Source: Malacoraja senta (Eukaryota). From it: a stretch of 64,000 bases of DNA. The notes under the pieces are model-generated. The model searched no databases and had not been told where the DNA came from. It was given only the letters and a program-made list of their open reading frames with translations. Within the stretch, counting starts at the first letter, position 1. Each line of letters begins with the position of its first letter. The stretch spans positions 61,876,001 to 61,940,000 of the forward strand of contig CM075977.1 of NCBI GenBank assembly GCA_038087875.1. Direction: 5' to 3'. Both the position numbers and the translations under genes were made by a program. Below, piece after piece: positions 12,545 to 22,978 of this stretch.

Positions 12545-12683
12545 CTTCTTCTTCTATCGTGTGGCATGCACAGCCTAAAGTTGTTGGACAACTTGTTCTA
12601 TTTGATCTTCCGTTTGTACACGTCGAGTTGATTGCATTAGTCGAAACAGGGCGGACCACGTGAAGGTTGCAATCTTCCACCCC
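12545..12683 (-). mobile_element. 139-bp non-autonomous retroposon with ribozyme head and (GAA)n tail (possibly Ingi/Vingi-type partner)
   Basis: Flanked by GGTCAGTTGGT (12534-12544) and GGCCAGTTGGT (12684-12694). The 3' end reads ...GCCACACGATAGAAGAAGAAG. Confidence 0.75.
12630..12683 (-). ncRNA. Minimal HDV/CPEB3-like self-cleaving ribozyme (predicted)
   Basis: Minus strand reads GGGGUGG AA GAUUGCA ACC UUCACGU GGU CCGCCCU GU UUCGA CUAA UGCAAUC. This gives P1 (7 bp, G1-U wobble), P2 (7 bp, all Watson-Crick), P3 (3 bp), L3 UUCACGU, P1.1 and J4/2 CUAA; P4 is essentially absent. Confidence 0.85.
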
Positions 12684-13489
12684 GGCCAGTTGGTAAAGAG
12701 GGAAATAGTACAGGAGTCGCTGCCTCGAAAAGACAGCCAGCATTGTCAGAGACCCACATCACACTGGCCACTTTCTCATTGCACTCCTGTCATTGGGAAG
12801 AAGGTATAGGAGCCTGAAAACTAACATCCAGGATCCTTCTTCCCAACAACCATCAGGCTATTAAACACTATGACCAAATAAGCTCCAAACTATATTGACT
12901 TAGGTGCATTGTTTTGTCTTTGCTCTAATATTGTTTATTTGTTTTTTAATATACTGAACTTTTGTTGTTGTTTATTATGGTGTTTACAGAGTATTATGTT
13001 CCCATATCTGTTGGACTGTTGCAAGTAAGAATTTCATTGTGCTATTTTGGGATATATGACCATAAAACAAGAGTCTTGACGACTTTTGAAAACCTAACAG
13101 TGGACTAGGCATCTGGGAGGGGTGCTGCATTGATCAAAAATATTGGGGAAGGAGTTATAGACGGATTAAGACTAGAGGGGGTCTTCAAAGGATGAAAGTT
13201 AAGGCTCCCATAGGGCAACATCGAGGTGTTAGGTACTTGGGGGGAGGGTCCGGACCCAGCATTGATTTGAGAGCCAGGGCCAGAGAGACAATTGGGAGTT
13301 GGAGCCAGTAGTGTGTGTTTCTAGGACACAAAATAGCTTTAAAACATTAATACAACCTATGATTGACAATGTGGACTAATTTCCCTGCAAATGTTACAAA
13401 AGGAAGTTCAAACGAAAGCTTTTCCTTTATGAGTCCCCTCCATGAAAGATAGAAGTGATTATGGAAGAAATACACGTGAAGAAATAATG

Positions 13490-13820
13490 CAGCACAGCGG
13501 CGCAGCTGGTAGAACTGCTGCCTCCCAGCACCAGAGACCCAGGTTCGATCCTGACCTGGGATGTTGTCTGTGTGGAATTTGCATATATTCCCTGTGACTG
13601 CATGGATTTCCTCTGGGTGCTCCTGTTTCCTCTCACATACCAAGGACATGTAGGTTTACAGTATATGTTAATTGTCATCTGTAAATTTCCCCTTGTGCAT
13701 AGTGAGTGGATGAGAATATGGGACAACATAAAAACAGCGTGAACGGGTGATTGATGGTTGGTGTGGACTCAATGGGCTGAAGGGCCCATTTCCATGCTGT
13801 ATTTCTAAATTAAACTAAAC
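13490..13820 (+). mobile_element. tRNA-derived SINE (HE1-like)
   Basis: GGTTCGATCC B-box; GGGCTGAAGGGCCC tail. Confidence 0.75.
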
Positions 13821-13989
13821 ATAAGGGGAACGATTATACGGATGATGACGGTGTGGATGAGAAATAATGACAGAAGTGGGTGGTAATGACAGCTCAGGGT
13901 TAGTGGACGTAGTGAATACTCACAGACAATTGTGAGAGTGGCAGAAATACACACAGAAAATGTTGTATGTGAAATACACACAGGAAACA

Positions 13990-14850
13990 GGGATGTTTCG
14001 GATCGGGACCGTTCTTCAGACTGAAAGTAGACTGAAAGTAGAGGGGTGGGAACTGGAGGTAGGAAAAGGCCAGAACAAAGCAGGGCCGACAACAGATGAT
14101 CAAGGAAAAGTGGAGCCCACAATGGCCCATTGTTGGCAGGGGACGAGGTGATAACGAAAGGATACAAGGATGCGAACAGTGCAACTAGTAGGACAACTGG
14201 GATGGGGGAGGTAGGGAGAAAGGGAATGCAGGGGTTACTTGAAATTAGAGAAATCAATATTTATACAAACTGTCCAAGCGAAATATGAGGTAGACAAAAA
14301 TGCTGGAGAAACTCCGCGGGTGAGGCAGCATCTATGGAGTGAAGGAAATAGGCAACGTTTCAGGTCGAGACCCTTCTTCAGATCCGAAATGTTGCCTATT
14401 TCCTTTGCTCCATAAATGCTGCCTCACCCGCTGAGTTTCTCCAGCATATTTGTCTCCCTTCGATTTTCCAGCATCTGCAGTTCCTTCTTAAACATTAAGC
14501 AAAATATGAGGTGCTATTCCACCAATTTGCATTTGGCCTCACTCTGACAGTGGAGGATGCCCAGGCCAGAAAAGCCAGTATGGGAATGGGGAGGGAAAAT
14601 GTTTGGAAAGCGGGAGATTGCACTGGCCAGAGCGGATTTAGTGTAAGTGTTCAGCCAAACGATCGCCCAGTCCACAACGGATACAGTAGATGAGGTTGGA
14701 GAGGTGCAAGTGAACCTCTGCCTCACATGAAAGGACTGTCGGGGACTCTGTGTGGCGTCAACGGAGGAGGTATAAGGACAGGTGTTGAATCTCCTGCGGT
14801 AGCAGGGGAAAGATCCTGGCGAAGGGGTGGGAAAGGATGAGTGAACCAAT
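13990..14850 (-). mobile_element. Penelope-like element 3' fragment, interrupted by a palindromic mini-element (14292-14496)
   Basis: ORF 14514-14888 is similar to the other GIY-YIG regions. The inner insert is flanked by AAGC(G/A)AAATATGAGGT (14276-14291 and 14497-14512). Confidence 0.8.
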
Positions 14851-15049
14851 GGTCCTCCAATCCCTTCCCACCTAAACAGTTCACTCATCCCTCCCCACCC
14901 AAACCACCCCCCAGCAGCGGACTAGGAAAGCATAATGAAGTTAAAAGACTCATACAGAATGCAATTTCACACAAGTGATATTAAAATCAGGACTGCACGC
15001 TAATTGATGTCACTGGTCATGCCCAGCTCTGCAAACAATAGAAAATAGC

Positions 15050-16090
15050 CAATGGACAATAGACAAAATAGGTGCAGGAGCAGGCCATTTGGCCCTTCGA
15101 GCCAACACCGCCATTCAATGTGATCATGGCTGTTCATCCACAATCAGTACCCCGTTTCCATATCCCTTGACTCCGATATCTTTAAGAGCTCTATCCAACT
15201 CTCTCTTTAAAGCATCCAGAGAATTGCCCCCCATTGCCTTCTGATGCAGAGAATTCCACAGACTCACAATTCTCTGGGTGAAAAAGTTTTTCCTCATCTC
15301 CATTATAAATGGCTTACCCCTTATTCTTAAACTGTGGCTGCTGGTTCTGGACTACCACAACTTCGGGAACATGTTTTTTGCCTCTAGCGTGTCCATCCAT
15401 TAATAATCTTATATGTTTCAATAAGATTCCCTCTCATCCTTTTAAATTCCAGTGTATGAAGGCCCAGCGGCTCCATTCCATATGACAGCCCCGCCATCCC
15501 GGGAATTAACCTCGTGAACCTACGCTGCACTCCCTCAATAGCAAGAATGTCCTTCCTCAAATTTGGAGACAAAAACTGCACACAGTACTCCGGGTGTGGT
15601 CTCATTAGAGACCTGTATAACTGCAGAAGGACCTCTTTGCTCCTATACTCAACTCCTCTGGTTATGAAGGCGAACATGCCATTCGCTGCCAGCTGTACCT
15701 GCATGCTTACTTTCAGTGACTGATGAACAAGGACCCCCCAGATCTCGTTGTACTTCCCCTTTTCCCAACTTGATACCATTCAGATAATAATCTGCCTTCG
15801 TGTTTTTGCCACCAAAGTGGATAAGCTCACATTTATCCACATTAAACTGCATCTGCCATGCATCTGCCCACTCACCCAACCTGTCCAAGTCAACCAGCAT
15901 CCTCATAGCATCCTGCTCACAATTCACACTGCCACCCAGCTTTGTGTCATCTGCAAATTTGCTAATGTTACTTTTAATCCTTTCATCGAAATCATTAATT
16001 ATATTGTAAATAGCTGTGGTCCCAGCACCGAGCCTTGCGGTACCCCACTAGTCACTGCCTGCCATTCTGAAAGGGGCCCGTTAATCCCTA
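15050..16090 (-). mobile_element. CR1 LINE 3' fragment (RT)
   Basis: WADAWQMQFNVDKCELIHFG and LYRSLMRPHPEYCVQF motifs; CR1 3' UTR. Confidence 0.9.
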
Positions 16091-16872
16091 ATCCATACAG
16101 ACAAACAACCTGGAACAGAAAATTTTCGATAAAATTCTAACTTATGGCATACAAAACTATAGTCCCAAAACTGCAACAAAATTTCTTCCCTGATATTTAT
16201 TAATGATGAATCATTTGCCATGAGTTAACAAAATCACGCACCATTTTGAACTTAAAAATGTTTTCCACAAGTACAAGTTCCTAAGCACATTTCGATAATA
16301 AATTCATTCAAAGGTTTTCAAGGTTATTGGTTAGTGTCCATATATTCAAGTCATTGCTAAATCTTTAGAGCGGAAACTCCCCATAATGATCACCCTCTCT
16401 GGGGAAGAGCGAATTTTATGACAGAGCTTATTTCTAGCATAATGATTTTTAAACTGGTGTAAAAGCTTGCAAATATTTCAATACTTTGCATTGCAACTAT
16501 AGAATTGTGCCTTATGTGTAGGTATCGGAATCGTGTCAAAAACAAATCCAGCTTGATCAAAGAGATGCTGCCTGGAAGGCTGAGTTGCTCCAGCACTTTG
16601 TCTTTTTTTATGGACCAGCACCTGCAGTTCATTTTGTCTCTGTCCCCACTCTGGGAATCTCTGGCTCAGTACCATTCAAAGCAGAGAGTGAGCTTTTGGA
16701 TTGGGTGAAAACAACGGGCCTTTAATGTGTAGGAAAGAACTGCAGATGCTGGTTTAAATCAAAGGTAGACACAAAACGCTGGAGTAACTCAGTGGGACAG
16801 GCAGCATCTCTGGTGAGAAGGAATGGGTAACGTTTCGGGTTGAGGCCCTTCCTCAGACCCGAAACATCATTA

Positions 16873-17772
16873 ATGCCAGACTATTCGCTGATGATTGTTT
16901 GCTGTACCGTCCAATTAAGTCAGCTGATGATGAAGATGCTCTCCAAAAGGATGTCGATACAATGGTTGAGTGGTCACAACAATGGGGCATGCAGTTCAAC
17001 CCTTCCAAATGTGAAACCATGCGTGTCACCAGAAAGAGGAATCCAGGTGAAACATCGTACAATATACTTGGTGCCACCCTTGAAGAATTCAAACAAACCA
17101 AGTATCTTGGTATCAAATTGCAGAATGATCTGCGTTGGAATGGTCAGACTCATCATGCAACGGTGAAAGCAACAGGTGTCCTAAATTTTCTGAGGCGCAA
17201 CTTTCATCATTGTTCAACTTCTGTCAAGGAGAAGCTATACTTCACCCTCGTTAGACCTCATTTGGACTACGCAGTTGCAGCATGGGACCCATACACAAAC
17301 AAAAAAATTTCTTCCATCGAACGTGTCCAAAGACAGGCAGCTCGATTTGTTACTAACACCTATGAGAGAGAAGTGAGTGTTACCAAACTTCTGAATTCTC
17401 TGGGGTGGAACCCTCTCCAAGACAGACGTGAAGCTCGCCGTTTGACCTATTTTTACAAAATGTTAAATGGTCAGCTCGACATAGATTACAAGACCTACAC
17501 CAAACCCAAACCAATTAGGAGCAGACGAGGACATTCGATCCAATTTGAGATTCCAGCTACCAAGACAGATGTGTACAGCAATTTGTTCTTCCCCCGCACA
17601 ATTAAAGCATGGAATAATCTCCACCCTACCATAGTTACCCAACCAGATGCAACTAAATTTAAGGTAGCTCTTTCTTCCCAAAAACCCTTTCTGGCTTAAG
17701 TCCTCCCTCCACCACATCCAGTTTAAATTCCATTTGGAATATTTTGGAGGACCAAGAAACCAAGAACCAAGA
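16873..17772 (+). mobile_element. 5'-truncated CR1-group LINE of a distinct (invertebrate-like) subtype with an uninterrupted RT C-terminus
   Basis: RLFADDCLLYRPI, LNFLRRNF, LVRPHLDYAVAAWDPY, ERVQRQAARFV and FFPRTIKAWNNL motifs; tail (CCAAGAA)n. Confidence 0.8.
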
Positions 17773-18684
17773 TTAGACTATATATTTAAGAACTTTGAAA
17801 CTTGAAGGATACTTTGGCACCGGAAACATGATGAATCTTGTGAACTACCTCAATACAATCTACTGTTCTTACTCTCTTGTCCTTGGGTATGAATGGGCTC
17901 ATGTATATTAAGATTTTATTGAATTGTATGCAAAAAGTAATTTCACTGTACCTAAGTACATATGACAATAAGGAACCATTGAACCACTGAAGTGGTGACT
18001 CCTGGTAATACTATTTAAATGCTTAGTCAATAATGTTTTAGTGACTGATCACAGCTATCAATGGTCATTATATTGGATTAGTTACTGGAATAATTAATAG
18101 TGTATGCATAACCTGTGGTGTCTAGCATTGTATTGATCTTGTATAACAGTCAGTAAAGACAATGGACCTACCTTGATACGCTTGTCTTCTTTCTTTGCAT
18201 GAACACATTGTTCAAATACCACAAAATCATGAGATTTAGGAGGAGGAAAATATGTCAACACCAACTGAAAGGCTTAATCTGCAAAAGATAGGTTTTACAA
18301 GGCTGCTAAAAATCAAGAAATTGTGTGCTAATTATCCTGTGACAGCTGATACCAATGGAGTTTTGATTAAACATTATCCAATTTGTATAATATGCTCAGA
18401 AATTTGCATAATGTGCACAGAAATTGGATTGTGTCACTCATTTTCATTCAGCACTACCTGATCCAAAATCGACTTTACCCCATGTAAATCACGTTGGCAA
18501 TCATTCCCCAGTGATCATGTGCCATTTCTGGAGTTCAATGGCAAATTTTCAGTCATGATTCATGTTAGCACCTGATGTTCACTCAGCATCATCCTTCCAC
18601 CTGCAGTGAGTTACCACGTGACATGTTTCAGTCCATTGTGACGTGAAATTAAATTTCCAGGTCCAGTAAGCAGCTGTTGCTTAA

Positions 18685-18891
18685 AGGAACTGTCCCACTT
18701 AGGCGATTTTTTGGGGGCAACTGCAGGCGACTGCCGCAAAATTTTCAACATGTTGAAAATTTTTCGTCTACAGTGGCGACAATTTTTGCTGTCGTAGGTT
18801 GTCGTAGGTTGTCGCCGGGTGTCGTAGGTGAATTCCATCAAAACTAGTCCCTGGCAGTCGCCTAAAGAGTCGCCTAAATGGGACAGGTCAA
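18685..18891. mobile_element. PIF/Harbinger-type MITE
   Basis: TIRs ..CTGTCCCACTTAGGCGA and TCGCCTAAATGGGACAG..; TAA on both flanks. Confidence 0.7.
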
Positions 18892-19201
18892 TAAGTCTCA
18901 GGAAAACAAGCCGCACAATGTACTGTTCACTTTACACAGGCCCCATTGAAAGGATCACGCTGTTCTTATCAACTCCAAACCTCCCGGGAGATTACGCGTA
19001 CACATTCCAAACTGTTCAGTCCACATGCTAAAACTAACAGCAATTGCTTCATAAAAACATAGAAAATAGGTGCAGGAGTAGGCCATTCGGCCCTTCGAGC
19101 CAACACTGCCATTCCCTATGATCATGGCTGATCATCTAAAATCAGTACCCCATTCCTGCTTTCTCCCCATATCCCTTGATTCCGTTAGCCCTAAGAGCTA
19201 A

Positions 19202-19465
19202 AGGGCCTGTCCCACTTGGGCGTCATTTGCGCGTTATTTACGCGACATCATTTACGCGTCGTGACGCGCACGTGATGCGCGCATGGTGTGCATTACGCAC
19301 GCATGGTGTGCATTACCTGTGCATGGCGTGCATTACTCGCGCATGGTGCGTGGTGACGTAGGCAGTGACACGCGATCGCATGCAGCGCCCTAGGATTTGG
19401 GATTCACAAAATCTTCGCCCGCCACCTGCGTGACGCGCAAATGACGCCCAAGTGGAACAGGCGCT
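19202..19465. mobile_element. PIF/Harbinger-type MITE inserted in a CR1 3' fragment (about 19055-19750, minus)
   Basis: ~33-bp TIR AGGGCCTGTCCCACTTGGGCGTCATTTGCGCGT and a TAA TSD. The empty site GAGCTAAATCTAAC is seen in the CR1 copy at about 58624. Confidence 0.85.
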
Positions 19466-22349
19466 TAAATCTAACACTCTCTTGAAAACATCCTGTGAAT
19501 TGGCCTCCACTGCCTCCTGTGGCAGAGAATTCCACAGATTCACAACTCTCTGGGTGTAAATGTTTTTCCTCAGCTCAGTGCTAAATGGCCTACTCCTTAT
19601 TCTTAAACTGTAACCCCTGGTTCTGGACTCCTCCAACATCGAGAACATTTTACCTGCATCTAGCCTGTCCAAGCCCTTAAGAATTTAATATGTTTCTATA
19701 AGATCCCCTCTCATCCGTCTAAATTCCAGTTAATACAAGCCCAGTCGGTCCATTTTTTATAAGCCCAGTTCATCCATTCTTTGTGACGAATGTAAATAAT
19801 GAGATTGTTTCTTTGATTCAATGCTCATCGTACAGTTAGCACTAGAGGTTACATGTGACAATTGACCTGATGAAAGAGATCCTGCAGGACAAGGCACAGC
19901 TGCACAAATGATCTGTCATACAGCCTCTCTCTCCCCACGGCAGCCCCGTGTGCTACTGATATCTCACTGCGATGGGAATTGTGTCATTAAGTGCTGGACA
20001 TCTTTTATAAAAACTGCACTGCAAAGCTTCTGAGACTAGGATCCAGGAATTCTTCTCAGACCTGTGCAAGTTGCAATTCCACACATCCAATGATTCAATC
20101 ATACTGTATTGTCACATGTGCCTAGGTGCAGTGAAATGAGTGAAATGCTTTGTTCTGAATACAACCTGGGGTGGAGGGGACTGAGATGAAGGGGGGGACA
20201 ACCTGGTAAAATCATGTAAAATCATGTAGTAGACCTCACCCAGACAGTACACAAGTGTTGCCCCCCTGCCGGGTCCCCCACTTTGTTCTCGATGACTCTC
20301 ACCCCCCCCTCCGCTGGGTCCCCCCCTTCATCTCAGTCCCCTCCACCCCTGCTGGGTTTCCCCTTTGTTATCAGCGCTCCCACCCCTGCCGGGTGCCTTA
20401 AGGAAACCATACTGTTGCACACTTGTTTTTTTAAAATTAAGTTTGTGTTCTTTTAGGGAGGATTTGGAGGCAGTGTTACGTGCAGTGATGTTTTCATGCA
20501 TCAAGAATTGTTTAATTCAGTCTCTAAGAAATGTGCTTTTAATGCATTTGTTTAATGCATCTATGTGCTGTTATTCTGGGGCCTTGGGATTATAGGGAAA
20601 ACATGTTTTGAAGAAATGTTAAGGTTAATATAAAAATGTAGGCCCTCCAAGTATCAACGTAATAGAGTGTTGCTTCGGAATAGATTTGTAAGAATGTTGA
20701 TACAGTAATTTCAAAGAAAGAAGACAACCGTGTCAAGATGGGTTCATTTGTCTTCACTGGATATAAGATAAGACCAATACCATGTTAGACATTATAGATA
20801 CTAAATAAAGGAGGGAGGGCATCAAATCTGAGCTTAGGATCGGTTGTGAAAAGTATCCATCTGAGACAACGAATAAAGCAGGATTAATCTTTGGCTGGTG
20901 CCTATAACTTCCTTCTTCTGTGGGATGAAACTATTGCTACTGGTAATGTAAATATATTATAGAAAAAAAAATCACTGAAGCACACAAAAGGAGATAATGG
21001 CAGCTCTCCAGAAGATTAATATAGCTATTCCCACTCTTCCCCTGTTACCCTGAAGCCATGCAGTTTCGTTTTCCCTTTCAAGTTAATACCAATCCTAATT
21101 GGGAAGCAAGTCTGTCAAGCATTTCATTCCATACACTAACCTCTTGCTCCCTAAAAAATATTACCCACATGGCACGTTAGTTCTTTTACCATTCATCTAA
21201 AATGTGAATCCTCTGGTTATGAAATTTCCAAAATGCCAATAGTTTTGCTGTATCCATGTGACTGGGCATTTTATTATATTGAACACCTTTCTTACAGTTC
21301 TGCTCAACCCTCTTGACTCAAAGGAATGCAATGCCAGCGTTTCTATTTTCAGAACCATTCCAGTAATTATTTTTTGCACCCTCTACAAGGTCATCTCATT
21401 CTTTCAAAAGTACAGCCTTAAAATAAATATAGAACTCTAGATGTGGCTGAACCAATTTGTGTAATTTCTTTGCTTTTGTGCTTTTGTGCTCTTATACCTC
21501 TATTTCTGAAGCCTAGCATCCAATGTGTTTTTGGACTTCCCTGTCATCTTCAAAGATTTATTCCAGAATACACCTACTTTGGAGTAATACTTCTTATATT
21601 ATAAGATGTTTCCAAGTCTTTCATGTACTCAGTCTGAAGAAGGGTTCCGCCCCAAAAATGCCGTCCACAGTTTTTCTCGAGAGATGCTGCCTGACCTGCT
21701 GATTTACTCCAGCACTTTGTGTCCATCTTCATTAATGTACACCTTTGGTAGAAAAGCCACAATCTCAGCACCAACCCTGGGAATCACATTGCATACCTTC
21801 CTCCAGATCAAAAAGCAAGTGTATACCATAGGTCTCCACTTTCTATCACTAAACCAGTTACTTGTCCATACTGCCTCTTCCCATTGTTATCTCATGGATT
21901 TCTTATGGATACACAGCCATGAAAAAGTTGTTTGCAAGTTGTACATAAACTGCACATGATTGAAAGTGAGGAAGAAAGCTGCAAATGCAAGAAAATAGAG
22001 ATGATCAAGTCAATTGGACAGGAAAAATTTAACTGGACTTCAGTCTGGATAAGTCTGAGGTACTACATTTCAGGTACAGTAAGGCAAGAGAATACAGAAT
22101 AGGTCAATAATGAGTGGTATGGAGGGACAATAGAGAGACCACATATCAATGGATCAAAGATAGCATTATAGATCAAACAGATGGTTAAATGGGCACATGA
22201 AATAGAGTTGTATAGATATCTACAGCATCGAGAAAGACCCCTTGGCCCACCTTGTCCATGCTGACCAAGTTGACATATTGGTCTAGTCCTATTTGCCTGC
22301 ATTTGCTCCATAGCCCTCAAACCCCTTCCTATCCATGTATGTGTCTACA

Positions 22350-22958
22350 TCTATCTATATATTTTGCCCTTTGATTTGTTACTCCGCCAAAACCACACGC
22401 AAAAACGCCGAGATTTTTACCATTTCGCTAGCGATTCACTTTTACATTCGCTCATCCACTCCTCATTAAATGTCGTAATTTTTCTGTACACATTTTTAAT
22501 AAAATCCTTCCCCCCCCACTCACTCATTTGTTTGCCTCCTGCTGGCCAGCGACCATAACGGCTGCTGCCGCCCGGCTCCAAAAACGCCGAAATTTTTCCC
22601 ATTTCGCTAGCGATTTTACTTCCTCCACTTCCCCTAACCCCCTCCCCCCCCCCCCCCCCGGGCCCGGCTCTGTCACGCTGGCCGATGCCAAAGATCGCTT
22701 GCTCCCCCCGCTGCTTTTCGTCGTCCTCGCTGGCTTGCACTGTCCGAAAATCCCGCGAATCAACGGCCTGTCGGCCCGCAGGCGCATTGAGCGCGTACGC
22801 AGCGTCTCGACGGGCGTACGCAGCGTCTTGACATCATACGCAGCATCTTGACATCGTACGCAGCATCTTGACGCCGTACACCTAGCGCGTGGCATTGCGC
22901 GATGACATCAGGCCGCCCCCTCCTGGGAACAGACCCAACGGGTCTGCACTTGGTCTAG
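22350..22958 (+). mobile_element. Non-autonomous Helitron
   Basis: A|TC 5' end, subterminal hairpin CAGACCC-AAC-GGGTCTG (22930-22946), CTAG|T 3' end, no TSD; inserted in a CR1 3' UTR. Confidence 0.85.
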
Positions 22959-22978
22959 TGTCTTTTAAAAGTCATAAA

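Noticed and set aside
12492-12743. 83-aa ORF spanning the ribozyme element
   Set aside because: It crosses the TSD-defined element boundaries and has no recognisable protein features; likely a chance ORF.
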